Program-made: the position numbers and the translations under genes | Part shown: positions 28,292 through 36,245 of the stretch, one piece after another | How positions within the stretch are numbered: the first letter of the stretch is position 1 | Layout of the letters: each line of letters starts with the position of its first letter | Notes under the pieces: generated by a model | Told to the model about the DNA's origin: nothing | What the model saw: the letters and a program-made list of their open reading frames with translations, nothing else | Databases searched by the model: none | Source of the DNA: Saprospiraceae bacterium | Lineage (GTDB): Bacteria; Bacteroidota; Bacteroidia; Chitinophagales; Saprospiraceae | Length of the DNA: 64,000 nt | Direction of reading: 5' to 3' | Assembly: GCA_044347755.1 (NCBI GenBank) | Contig: JBIKUE010000009.1 | Coordinates: 1,933-65,932, forward strand

Positions 28292-28531
28292 GTGAAATAC
28301 AGCGTACACAAAACCGGGTTGAAAGCTTTCGGGAGGCGCCTAAGGGCACTGCGAAAGTCTAAAGGACTCTCTCAAGAACAGTTAGCCTGGAAGGCAGACT
28401 CTGAGCTTAGTCAGATCAGCAGAATGGAACGGGGCATTATCAACGCCGGATTAAGTCAGTTATTCAAAATAGCCGAAGCGCTGGAAATTCACCCAAAGGA
28501 ATTGTTTGATTTTGACCTGGAGGAGGATTAG
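28292..28531 (+). CDS. XRE-family helix-turn-helix transcriptional regulator
   Basis: 79 aa with a GTG start. FGRRLRALRKSKGLSQEQLAWKADSELSQISRMERG is a typical HTH_3/XRE pattern. It is divergent from toxin operon B. Confidence 0.8.
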   Translation: MKYSVHKTGLKAFGRRLRALRKSKGLSQEQLAWKADSELSQISRMERGIINAGLSQLFKIAEALEIHPKELFDFDLEED

Positions 28532-28723
28532 TCCAATAAATCCTGCCTTCTGCGCACTTAGCGTGGACGGACCTTTAGAATAAGTCAGGCTTGGGGGATT
28601 AGAGTGGAGCAGAAAGAGCAGCACACATTGTTAAATATTTAGTGCGTTGCTAACGGGAGATAAGCATATTTTTTCAATATGAATATTTTTAGGTGGGGCA
28701 AAGCACTGCCCCCCCCCCAACAA

Positions 28724-28779
28724 AAAGGCCCCGAAAACAGCCCAACATCCTAAAAATGTCGGGCCGCTCCGAGGCCTTT
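28724..28779 (-). terminator. nested stem-loop element downstream of the E2 gene
   Basis: On the minus strand it follows the E2 stop (28820) by ~40 nt. The stem aaaggcctcgg...ccggggccttt is followed by T residues, with an internal hairpin gcccgacat/atgttgggc. Confidence 0.5.
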
Positions 28780-28819
28780 ATATCAAATGACGGTTTGGCC
28801 TTAGCCAAGGCCAGGTCTT

Positions 28820-30148
28820 TTACAACGCCCGGTTCGGATCAAACTGCTCCAGATAATCTGCTATCCGGCGCAGGAAAGAGCCGCCCAGGGAGCCGTCTAC
28901 CACACGGTGGTCGTAGGAAAGCGAGAGGAACATCATCTGGCGCACGGCAATTACATCGCCATATTCGGTTTCGAGTACGGCCGGTTTTTTGCGGATGGCG
29001 CCCGTGGCCAGGATGGCTACCTGCGGCTGGTTGATGATAGGCGTGCCCATCACATTGCCGAAGGTGCCCACATTGGTGATGGTGAACGTGCCGCCCTGAA
29101 TTTCGTCGGGCTTGAGCTGGTTCTGACGGGCGCGGTTGGCCAGGTCGTTCACCTGTTTGGTGAGTCCGGCCAGGTTGAGGTAATCGGCATTGCGAATCAC
29201 CGGTACAATCAGGTTGCCGCTGGGTAGCGCCGCCGCCATACCGATGTTGATGTCTTTCCGGACGATCAGTTTGGTACCATCCACAGAAATATTGATCATC
29301 GGGAAATCGCGGATAGCTCGGGCCACGGCCTCCACGAAAATGGGTGTGAACGTGATGTTCTCCCCGTATTGCTTTTTAAAGGAGTCCTTGATGCGGTTGC
29401 GCCAGTTCACCAGGTTGGTTACATCGGCCTCCACGAAGGACGTCACGTGCGGGCTGGTGTGTTTGCTCATCACCATGTGGTCGGCGATGAGTTTGCGCAT
29501 ACGATCCATTTCTACGATCTCCACATTTCCGGAAATGGAAACCGGCGGTGGTGCGGGTATGGACGGCGCGGGTGTTGGGGCGGGTGCGGAAGGCGCACTG
29601 GGCACTGCAGGGCTACTGGTCGCAACAGCGCCGGCTTTGCCCCGATTGGCCACATAAGCCAGGATATCTTTTTTGGTCACACGACCGTCTTGGCCGGTAC
29701 CCGGAATGGCATCCAGTTCTTGCTGGGAAACCCCTTCTTCTTTGGCGATGGTGCGCACCAGCGGAGAGTAAAAGCGGTCGGAGCTGGATTGTACGGCTGC
29801 CGGGGCTGCTGCCTGAGGTGCGTAAGGCACCTGGGCGGCTTGTACAGAAGCGGTATCCGGTGTGGTGGAGGCGGAAGCGCTGCTACCGGCGGAAACTGCG
29901 GCGCCTGCTTCGGTTTCGATGATGGCAATGGCCTTATTGATGGCTACTACCTCATTTTCCTGAAACAGAATTTCAACAAGCGTCCCGGCAACCGGAGAAG
30001 GCACTTCGGAGTCAACCTTATCCGTGGCGATATCAAGAACGGGTTCATCCAGTTCAACAGAATCGCCTGGTTTTTTGCGCCATTTGAGGATGGTGGCCTC
30101 CATGATGCTCTCGCCCATCTTGGGCATCACAAGTTCTACGCGAGCCAT
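28820..30148 (-). CDS. 2-oxoacid dehydrogenase E2 component (dihydrolipoamide acyltransferase)
   Basis: 442 aa. Lipoyl-lysine context DIATDKVDSEVPSP, an Ala/Pro-rich linker, an E3-binding region, and the catalytic motif LSYDHRVVDGSLGGSFL. Confidence 0.9.
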   Translation of the reverse strand: MARVELVMPKMGESIMEATILKWRKKPGDSVELDEPVLDIATDKVDSEVPSPVAGTLVEILFQENEVVAINKAIAIIETEAGAAVSAGSSASASTTPDTASVQAAQVPYAPQAAAPAAVQSSSDRFYSPLVRTIAKEEGVSQQELDAIPGTGQDGRVTKKDILAYVANRGKAGAVATSSPAVPSAPSAPAPTPAPSIPAPPPVSISGNVEIVEMDRMRKLIADHMVMSKHTSPHVTSFVEADVTNLVNWRNRIKDSFKKQYGENITFTPIFVEAVARAIRDFPMINISVDGTKLIVRKDINIGMAAALPSGNLIVPVIRNADYLNLAGLTKQVNDLANRARQNQLKPDEIQGGTFTITNVGTFGNVMGTPIINQPQVAILATGAIRKKPAVLETEYGDVIAVRQMMFLSLSYDHRVVDGSLGGSFLRRIADYLEQFDPNRAL

Positions 30149-30322
30149 GTGTGATTGTGTGATTGTGTGAATGAGGGATTTTAAGCCCCTCTAAGTTTGG
30201 TTAAAGCGCCGCAAAGGTAGTAATTGTTGGACTTTAAAGTGAGCTTGCAGATATTCCATTGTTGGTTATCATTTATTGTGTGCAATTTTGCAACCTTGTT
30301 TATCAATCATTTTTATTCGATT

Positions 30323-30712
30323 ATGGCTTTTGATGTTGAAGGCAAACTGCACCGCATATTCCCAACTGAGCAAAAATCTGCCAGTTTTACGGCTCGTGAG
30401 TTTGTTTTGGAAGTGCCGGACGGCAACTATCCGCAGTTAATCAAATTTCAGGCAGTACAGGACCGGTGTGGCCTGCTCGACAATTTCTCTGAAGGCGATC
30501 AGGTTCGGGTTTCGTTCGACCTGCGTGGTCGGGAATGGAACGGCAAGTACCTGACTAATCTGAATGCCTGGCGTATTGATGCAGCTACCGGCGAATCCGG
30601 TGGCGGCAATTCTGGTGCACGCAACAGAACAGCTTCTGAGAACGCCCCGGCTGATCCGTTCCCAAATTATTCGGATGCGCCACCGGTTAGCTCAGATGAT
30701 CTGCCGTTTTAA
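30323..30712 (+). CDS. DUF3127-like small protein
   Basis: ORF 30224..30712 trimmed to ATG 30323. MAFDVEGKLHRIFPTEQKSASFTAREFVLEVPDGNYPQLIKFQ...GREWNGKYLTNLNAWRI matches the DUF3127 pattern by eye. Confidence 0.7.
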   Translation: MAFDVEGKLHRIFPTEQKSASFTAREFVLEVPDGNYPQLIKFQAVQDRCGLLDNFSEGDQVRVSFDLRGREWNGKYLTNLNAWRIDAATGESGGGNSGARNRTASENAPADPFPNYSDAPPVSSDDLPF

Positions 30713-30832
30713 AGGCACAAAGGTGTGTGGACACTAAGGCGCAAAGACGCGAAGGCGCTAAGTGTTAGGTGCGCTTTGCGCACCATATTTTAAACTTCGT
30801 GCCTTCGCGTCTTTGTGCCTTAGTGTAACCTC
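30713..30832. repeat. intergenic nested inverted repeat (same word family as 9735-9865)
   Basis: cactaaggcgcaaagacgcgaaggc (30732-30756) pairs with gccttcgcgtctttgtgccttagtg (30801-30825). The inner palindrome is ggtgcgctttgcgcacc. Confidence 0.8.
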
Positions 30833-30844
30833 GTGCCTTGTAAT

Positions 30845-31447
30845 ATGAAAAGTGTACGGATCATATGCTGCTTTTTATACACGCTTGGAGCCATACCCGT
30901 ATCGGCTCAGGCGCCCTTCTTAACCACTGTGAGTTCCAGATGGCAGGATTCTTTTGTGGAATGGGAATTCTATGCCAGTATGGACGATCCACGCTTGCTG
31001 GAAGAAGGTGACGAATTGCAGGAGGAGCTGTACGGCGAACTCAAACTGCGCTGGTTAAATGTACGCGATGACTGGTCGGAATGGGATTTTGACCTGGGAG
31101 GACAGCGCGGTACGATACGCCAAAAATGGAAAGATGATCCGCAACAATGGGAGCTCCGCACCTACACCGGGGTGGTAATTACCATGCGCACTGCCTGGGC
31201 CGGCGATTTCAAGGAGTGGCGCGTATCTGACAATGATGTCACCCTCAATATCCGGAGTAAATGGTCCAACCAGTTTGATGAATGGCAAGTGCAGGATGCC
31301 AATTATGGAAATTTTCACCTCTATACGCTCCGCGCTCAGGACCCCAGAGATTGGGCCGTAAATGACCAACTTGCCCCCAACATTTCAGAGGAAATGAAAC
31401 TTGCCATGATTTTTCTGGTGATTTATAATACAAGCCCGAAGATGTAA
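30845..31447 (+). CDS. hypothetical secreted protein with about six Trp-rich ~25-aa repeats
   Basis: ORF trimmed to ATG 30845 (MKSVRIICCFLYTLGAIPVSAQA). The reiterated pattern is [RK]xxW...[DQ].xEW.[FLV]: SRWQDSFVEWEF, LRWLNVRDDWSEWDF, RQKWKDDPQQWEL, RTAWAGDFKEWRV, RSKWSNQFDEWQV. Confidence 0.6.
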   Translation: MKSVRIICCFLYTLGAIPVSAQAPFLTTVSSRWQDSFVEWEFYASMDDPRLLEEGDELQEELYGELKLRWLNVRDDWSEWDFDLGGQRGTIRQKWKDDPQQWELRTYTGVVITMRTAWAGDFKEWRVSDNDVTLNIRSKWSNQFDEWQVQDANYGNFHLYTLRAQDPRDWAVNDQLAPNISEEMKLAMIFLVIYNTSPKM

Positions 31448-31720
31448 TGTGGTTAATGTGGGGAATGTGGTTAATGTGGCAGAATGGGGCTGTCTGGCAA
31501 GTCATATTTTTAGTTTTACCGCAGAGAGCTTGATAACCAATATATACCCCTCCGCTTCTCTCCGCCTCTGCGGTAAAAAACACTTCTTAGAAACCCTTGT
31601 AATCGCAACTTAATCCCATTGAGTCTTGGAATAGCCACATACAAAAGCCAAGCGCAACGCCCACATTAACCACATTAACCACATTACGCTCATTCCCCAC
31701 ATTCTCTCATTACCCACATT
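31448..31720. repeat. intergenic element with aatgtgg word repeats on the left and ccacatt word repeats on the right
   Basis: The left arm tgtggttaatgtggggaatgtggttaatgtgg starts right after the stop at 31447. The right arm ccacattaaccacattaaccacatta...ccccacatt...acccacatt ends 8 nt before the next start. An internal hairpin taccgcagag..ctctgcggta is followed by an A-run. Confidence 0.75.
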
Positions 31721-31728
31721 CTTCCCTC

Positions 31729-33048
31729 GTGACAGAACTCAAACGCTCACTTTCGCTGTACGGACTCACCATGATTGCCATTGGCTGCACCATTGGCAGT
31801 GGTATCTTCCGTACTCCAGGCCATGTTGCCTTGAACGTACATGCTCCCGATTACGTCATCTGGTTATGGATACTGGGTGGCATCGTAGCGCTCGCCGGAG
31901 CGCTTACTTTTGCCGAGATGGGTGGAATGTTTCCAGGCGCAGGAGGCTTATATGTATACCTGCGTGAGGCATACGGTGATCTGGTAGGATTTTTATACGG
32001 CTGGTTTATCCTGTTTTGCAGTACCGCAGGCGCTATCGCAGCCTTGGCATTGGTATGCGCCGAACACCTGTGTTATCTATATGGTTCTTCGGGCGATTCC
32101 GTATGGGAGCTACCATTGGCGGCTGGCATCATTGTGGTGCTAACGGTGGTAAACCTGTTCGGAGTAGGTATCGGAGAGTGGATTGCCAATTTATTCGGTG
32201 GCGCCAAACTGGTAGGGCTGGTCATGATCATAGGCGCAGGAATGTTCTTTGCCAATCCGCAGGTGGATGCTGCCAACGCTGCCAGTGCCTTTGTGAATAC
32301 ACCGCCTGAAAACCTGATGAGTGCCCTGGCGCTGGGATTTATCGGGGTATTGTGGAGTTATGGAGGCTGGCAACATGCTTCCTACATGGCCGGAGAAACT
32401 AAGGACCCACAGCGCACCGTTCCGCGTGCCATGATTTTGGGTGCTATCGTGATCACGCTGGTTTACGTATTGGCCAATGTGGCGTACATGCGCCTTTTAC
32501 CCCTGGAGCAAATTGCGCATTCCAAAACCGTAGCCGCCGATGCTATGAACCATGTAACTTCTATGGGTGGAACGCTTATGGCACTTTTAATCGCGCTGAG
32601 TACATTCGGAAGTATCGGGATTTATTCTGTTACCTCCCCGCGTATGTATTATGCTATGGCTAAAGACGGAGTCTTCTTTGCCAAACTCGCAGAAATTCAT
32701 CCCAAATGGCGCACTCCCGTGTGGGCCATGATCATACAGAGTGTTTGGGCTTTGTTCCTGCTCTTTTTCTGGGGCACTTTCAACGATTTGATTGAATATG
32801 TAACGTTTCTCGACTGGATAGGGCTAATGCTGGTAGGCACCACTATTTTTGTTTTTCGCAAAAAACGCCCGGATGCTGAACGAAGCTACCGAACCACGCT
32901 TTACCCACTAACACCCATTGTTTTTGTGGCCATTTGTGCATGGTTTGTGGCATTTAACATAGTGGGTAGCTGGGAAAAAGCCCTCGCGGGACTGGTGGTT
33001 GTTTTGGCCGGTATCACGGCGTATTATGCTTTATTCCATAAAAAATAA
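31729..33048 (+). CDS. amino acid permease (APC superfamily)
   Basis: 439 aa with a GTG start. About 12 hydrophobic segments and the N-terminal motif IAIGCTIGSGIFRTPG typical of APC transporters. Confidence 0.85.
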   Translation: MTELKRSLSLYGLTMIAIGCTIGSGIFRTPGHVALNVHAPDYVIWLWILGGIVALAGALTFAEMGGMFPGAGGLYVYLREAYGDLVGFLYGWFILFCSTAGAIAALALVCAEHLCYLYGSSGDSVWELPLAAGIIVVLTVVNLFGVGIGEWIANLFGGAKLVGLVMIIGAGMFFANPQVDAANAASAFVNTPPENLMSALALGFIGVLWSYGGWQHASYMAGETKDPQRTVPRAMILGAIVITLVYVLANVAYMRLLPLEQIAHSKTVAADAMNHVTSMGGTLMALLIALSTFGSIGIYSVTSPRMYYAMAKDGVFFAKLAEIHPKWRTPVWAMIIQSVWALFLLFFWGTFNDLIEYVTFLDWIGLMLVGTTIFVFRKKRPDAERSYRTTLYPLTPIVFVAICAWFVAFNIVGSWEKALAGLVVVLAGITAYYALFHKK

Positions 33049-33078
33049 TAAGGGTAGGGGTCATTTGATCAACGTGAG

Positions 33079-33187
33079 TTGTCATCCTGAGCGCAGCGAA
33101 GTATCTGAAGATGAGGCCTTGTTTGACACAGATTTTTTATGTAGCTTGGGTGTTGGCCAGATCCTTCGCTACGCTCAGGATGACAAC
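33079..33187. repeat. inverted repeat of the gtcatcctgagcgcagcgaag family (second member)
   Basis: gttgtcatcctgagcgcagcgaagtatctg (33079-33108) pairs with cagatccttcgctacgctcaggatgacaac (33158-33187). Confidence 0.8.
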
Positions 33188-33203
33188 CCGTCGGAATAAT
33201 ACT

Positions 33204-33279
33204 AAATGGCCCAAATGACTTTTAAATGACCCCTAAATGACCCAAATGACTATTTAATGACCCCTAAATGACTCAAAAC
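33204..33279. repeat. tandem aaatgac word repeats
   Basis: aaatggcccaaatgacttttaaatgacccctaaatgacccaaatgactatttaatgacccctaaatgactc. The same word family occurs at 50947-51050 and 58151-58260. Confidence 0.75.
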
Positions 33280-33302
33280 CTCCTTCTCTTGAACATTTCT
33301 CC

Positions 33303-35324
33303 ATGAAAAAACATCTCTTTACCACCCTTTTAGCCATCACAAGCACACTCGCCGTGGCTCAAAACGACGCCTGGCATATTGTAGCCGATAATATCAATCC
33401 TTCCAAATATTACGGCATCACGGTGGCCAACGGCATGATCGGGCTGGTATCCTCGCCGGAACCGATGCGGGTAAAAGACGTAGTGCTGAACGGGGCCTAC
33501 GACAATTATGGCCGGGGCCGCGTATCCAATATCCTGAAGGGCTTCAATTTCATGAATATGAACCTGGATGTAGACGGCCGCCGGATCGGGCGGGCAGATA
33601 TTTCAGGGTACAAACAGGTGCTGGATATGCGCCATGCCCAGTTGCTGACCACTTACGATTTGGGCGATAAACTATCGGTCCGCCACACCCTCATGGCCTT
33701 GCGCCATTTGCCCTATTCCGCGCTCAGTATTGTAGAAATTACCGCCAAAAAAGACGTGATGATCACGCCCATGGCCGTGATAGAAGCGCCGGATATGCTG
33801 CAGGATGTGCGCAACCTGTATGCAGAAATTGACCGGCCGCACGTATTAATCCCGCTGCTCACCTCAGTAGGGAAAAGCCCCTCCGGCAAATACACGGTCG
33901 CATCCTCTGCCAGCTTTATTTTTGAAGAAAAACACGGCTCCGAACCGGATTTGATCCACGAGGACTGGGATTACAACATGCACCTGTTGAAATTCCATAA
34001 AAAATTGAAAGCCGGCGAAACCTATAAGTTCGCCATCGTCGGCACCCTTATTTCCTCCGCGCATACCGTAGACGCCCACAACGAGGCCGAGCGGCTCACC
34101 ATTTTTGCCGCACTGGAACGCACCGAACGCCTGCTCAAACGTCATAATGCCGAGTGGGACAAACTCTGGGCTTCAGACATCACCATTGAAGGCGATGTGG
34201 ATGCTACCCGCGACGTGCATTCTGCCATGTATCATCTCTACGCTTTCGGCCGGGAAGGAACCGCCCTGAGCTTGTCGCCTATGGGTTTAAGTGGTTTGGG
34301 TTACAACGGGCACGTTTTCTGGGATACCGAATTGTGGATGTACCCTCCCATGTTGCTACTGCATCCGGAAATAGCCCGTTCCTTTCTGGAATTCCGGTAT
34401 CAATTGTTGGACGAAGCCAAACAAAACGCCTTTTCACATGGCTACCGCGGCGCCATGTACCCTTGGGAAAGCACCACCACCGGGCAGGAAGAAACCCCGG
34501 TTTGGGCGCTTACCGGACCCTTTCAGCACCATATTACCGGATGCGTGGGCTGGGCGGCCTGGCAGTATTACCTGGTGACGAAAGATAAGGTCTGGCTGCG
34601 TGACCGCGGCTGGCCCATCCTGAAAGAGGTAGCCGATTTCTGGGCCAGCAGGGTAGAACGTGATGGCCCTGGCCAATACAACATCTACAACGTAATAGGC
34701 GCCAATGAATGGCAGGAAAACATAGACAATAATGCCTTCACCAACGGTATGGCAAAAACAGTACTGGGTTATGCCACCGATGCCGCCCGTGAGCTGGGCC
34801 TGCCCGCCGACCCCGATTGGGCGCATGTGGCCTCCAATATTCCGCTGTTGAAATTCCCTGACGGCGTTACCCGCGAAAATGCCACCTACAATGGAGAAAC
34901 CATCAAACAGGCCGATGTAAACCTGCTGGCCTATCCCCTCAAAGTCATTACCGATCCGGCCCAGATCAAAAAAGATCTTGATTACTACGAACCCCGGATG
35001 TCGGCAGAAGGCCCGGCCATGGGCAACGCCATCCTCACCGTTTCTGCCGCGCGCGCAGGCGATGCTGAACGTGCTTACGGACTGTGGGTAAAGAGCTACA
35101 AACCCAACGAAGTGCCGCCTTTTGGTGTACTGGCAGAATGTGCCGGCGGCACCAATCCCTATTTCGCCACCGGCGCAGGAGGATTCCTCCAGGCTACCAT
35201 CATGGGCTTCGGCGGACTGGATATTACGCCCCAGGGTATTGTTCAATTGAAAACGAAGCTGCCTAAAAAATGGAAATCCATTAAAATCACGGGGGTGGGT
35301 GGAAAAACCTGGGAAGTACGATAA
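33303..35324 (+). CDS. glycoside hydrolase family 65 protein with signal peptide
   Basis: 673 aa. N-terminus MKKHLFTTLLAITSTLAVAQ. The central-domain motifs HVFWDTELWMYPPMLLLHPEIARSFLEFRY and GANEWQENIDNNAFTN are GH65-like. Confidence 0.8.
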   Translation: MKKHLFTTLLAITSTLAVAQNDAWHIVADNINPSKYYGITVANGMIGLVSSPEPMRVKDVVLNGAYDNYGRGRVSNILKGFNFMNMNLDVDGRRIGRADISGYKQVLDMRHAQLLTTYDLGDKLSVRHTLMALRHLPYSALSIVEITAKKDVMITPMAVIEAPDMLQDVRNLYAEIDRPHVLIPLLTSVGKSPSGKYTVASSASFIFEEKHGSEPDLIHEDWDYNMHLLKFHKKLKAGETYKFAIVGTLISSAHTVDAHNEAERLTIFAALERTERLLKRHNAEWDKLWASDITIEGDVDATRDVHSAMYHLYAFGREGTALSLSPMGLSGLGYNGHVFWDTELWMYPPMLLLHPEIARSFLEFRYQLLDEAKQNAFSHGYRGAMYPWESTTTGQEETPVWALTGPFQHHITGCVGWAAWQYYLVTKDKVWLRDRGWPILKEVADFWASRVERDGPGQYNIYNVIGANEWQENIDNNAFTNGMAKTVLGYATDAARELGLPADPDWAHVASNIPLLKFPDGVTRENATYNGETIKQADVNLLAYPLKVITDPAQIKKDLDYYEPRMSAEGPAMGNAILTVSAARAGDAERAYGLWVKSYKPNEVPPFGVLAECAGGTNPYFATGAGGFLQATIMGFGGLDITPQGIVQLKTKLPKKWKSIKITGVGGKTWEVR

Positions 35325-35330
35325 CTGGCC

Positions 35331-35407
35331 GTTGGGCTGGTGCTCATTTTTTACTTAGAGTCTCACTCCGAGTGAGACTCTAAGTAAAAAATGAGCACCA
35401 GCCCAAC
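35331..35407 (+). terminator. perfect 37-bp stem / 3-nt loop hairpin immediately after the GH65 gene
   Basis: gttgggctggtgctcattttttacttagagtctcact ccg agtgagactctaagtaaaaaatgagcaccagcccaac. It starts 7 nt after the stop codon. Confidence 0.7.
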
Positions 35408-35443
35408 ATATCCATTGAACAATTCCCCCAAACCAGAGTTTCC

Positions 35444-35550
35444 CCACATTAACCACATTAACCACATTAACCACATTAACCACATTCCCCACATTAATCA
35501 CATTCCCCACATTAATCACATTCCCCACATTAACCACATTCCCCACATTC
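35444..35550. repeat. tandem array of ~9-10-nt ccacatt words abutting the bcp start codon
   Basis: ccacattaa x4 is followed by alternating ccacattcc / ccacattaat units, ending 4 nt before ATG 35555. All units run in one orientation, with no inverted partner nearby. Confidence 0.85.
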
Positions 35551-35554
35551 AAAA

Positions 35555-36007
35555 ATGTCCCACTTAAAAGAAGGCGATCTCGCCCCTGCATTTTCTGCCC
35601 TGAATGAAAAGGGGCAAACCATTAGCCTGTCTGATTACAAAGGCAAAAAACTGGTGTTGTATTTTTATCCGAAAGACGACACCCCAGGTTGTACTGCGGA
35701 ATCCTGCAGCCTGCGGGATGGTTATCCCAGGTTTCAATCTCAGGGCTATGAAATACTGGGCGTGAGTCCGGATTCCGTAAAGAAGCACGTGAAGTTTCAG
35801 GATAAATACAGCCTGCCTTTCAGCCTTTTGGCCGACGAAGACCACAAAGTGGCAGAATCATATGGCGTTTGGGGCGAGAAAAAATTCATGGGTCGCGCTT
35901 ACATGGGCATTCTCCGCACCACCTTCGTGATCAATGGCGAGGGCAAGATCGAGCGCATCATTTCCAAAGTAGATACGGAAAACCATACCGAGCAGTTGCT
36001 GGGGTAG
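35555..36007 (+). CDS. bcp: thioredoxin-dependent peroxiredoxin (Bcp type)
   Basis: 150 aa. The motif FYPKDDTPGCTAESC and overall AhpC/TSA pattern are present. Confidence 0.9.
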   Translation: MSHLKEGDLAPAFSALNEKGQTISLSDYKGKKLVLYFYPKDDTPGCTAESCSLRDGYPRFQSQGYEILGVSPDSVKKHVKFQDKYSLPFSLLADEDHKVAESYGVWGEKKFMGRAYMGILRTTFVINGEGKIERIISKVDTENHTEQLLG

Positions 36008-36116
36008 ACGGTAGACGGCTTACGGTGGACGGTGGTGTTGCTTTTTAGATTCGTTTTAGACTTTAAGTAAGAAAGAAACCTCAAGGGCACCGTAAGCCGT
36101 CCACCGTAAGCCGCCC
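36008..36116. repeat. intergenic inverted repeat built from gacgg/tggacgg words
   Basis: gacggtagacggcttacggtggacggtgg starts right after the stop and pairs with caccgtaagccgtccaccgtaagccgccc (about 36088-36116). Confidence 0.75.
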
Positions 36117-36245
36117 GATATTCAAAAAGTTATTTAGTTTTACGCCCGGACCTGTATGGGCGGCGAAAAGCAGTTGAATGGCGGCTTTTCGTGCTGGCAT
36201 AAGGGGTTCATTTGTCAGCATTTCAAAAATCAACGAACAACATTC

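Noticed and set aside
20822-28590. Island as a classical mobile element, prophage or integrative element
   Set aside because: I found no integrase, transposase, phage genes, tRNA target or terminal inverted/direct repeats of IS type. The internal repetition is explained by tandem duplication of the toxin module.
28693-29034. 113-aa plus-strand ORF starting near the C10 run
   Set aside because: It overlaps the terminator element and the antisense 3' end of the E2 gene. Its Pro/Arg/Gly-rich composition and lack of motifs argue against a real gene.
29369-30154. 261-aa plus-strand ORF rich in G/R/C
   Set aside because: It is antisense to the E2 acyltransferase gene and has the composition typical of an antisense frame over a GC-rich Ala/Pro linker. 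It has no motifs.
35444-35550. Possible CRISPR array
   Set aside because: Units are only 9-10 nt and directly adjacent with no spacers, and there are no cas genes in the window. The same holds for the other word-repeat loci.
35355-35591. 78-aa minus-strand ORF (…VGNVVNVGNVINVGNV…)
   Set aside because: It is simply the translation of the ccacatt tandem array and overlaps the bcp start. Its low-complexity periodic peptide has no gene-like features.
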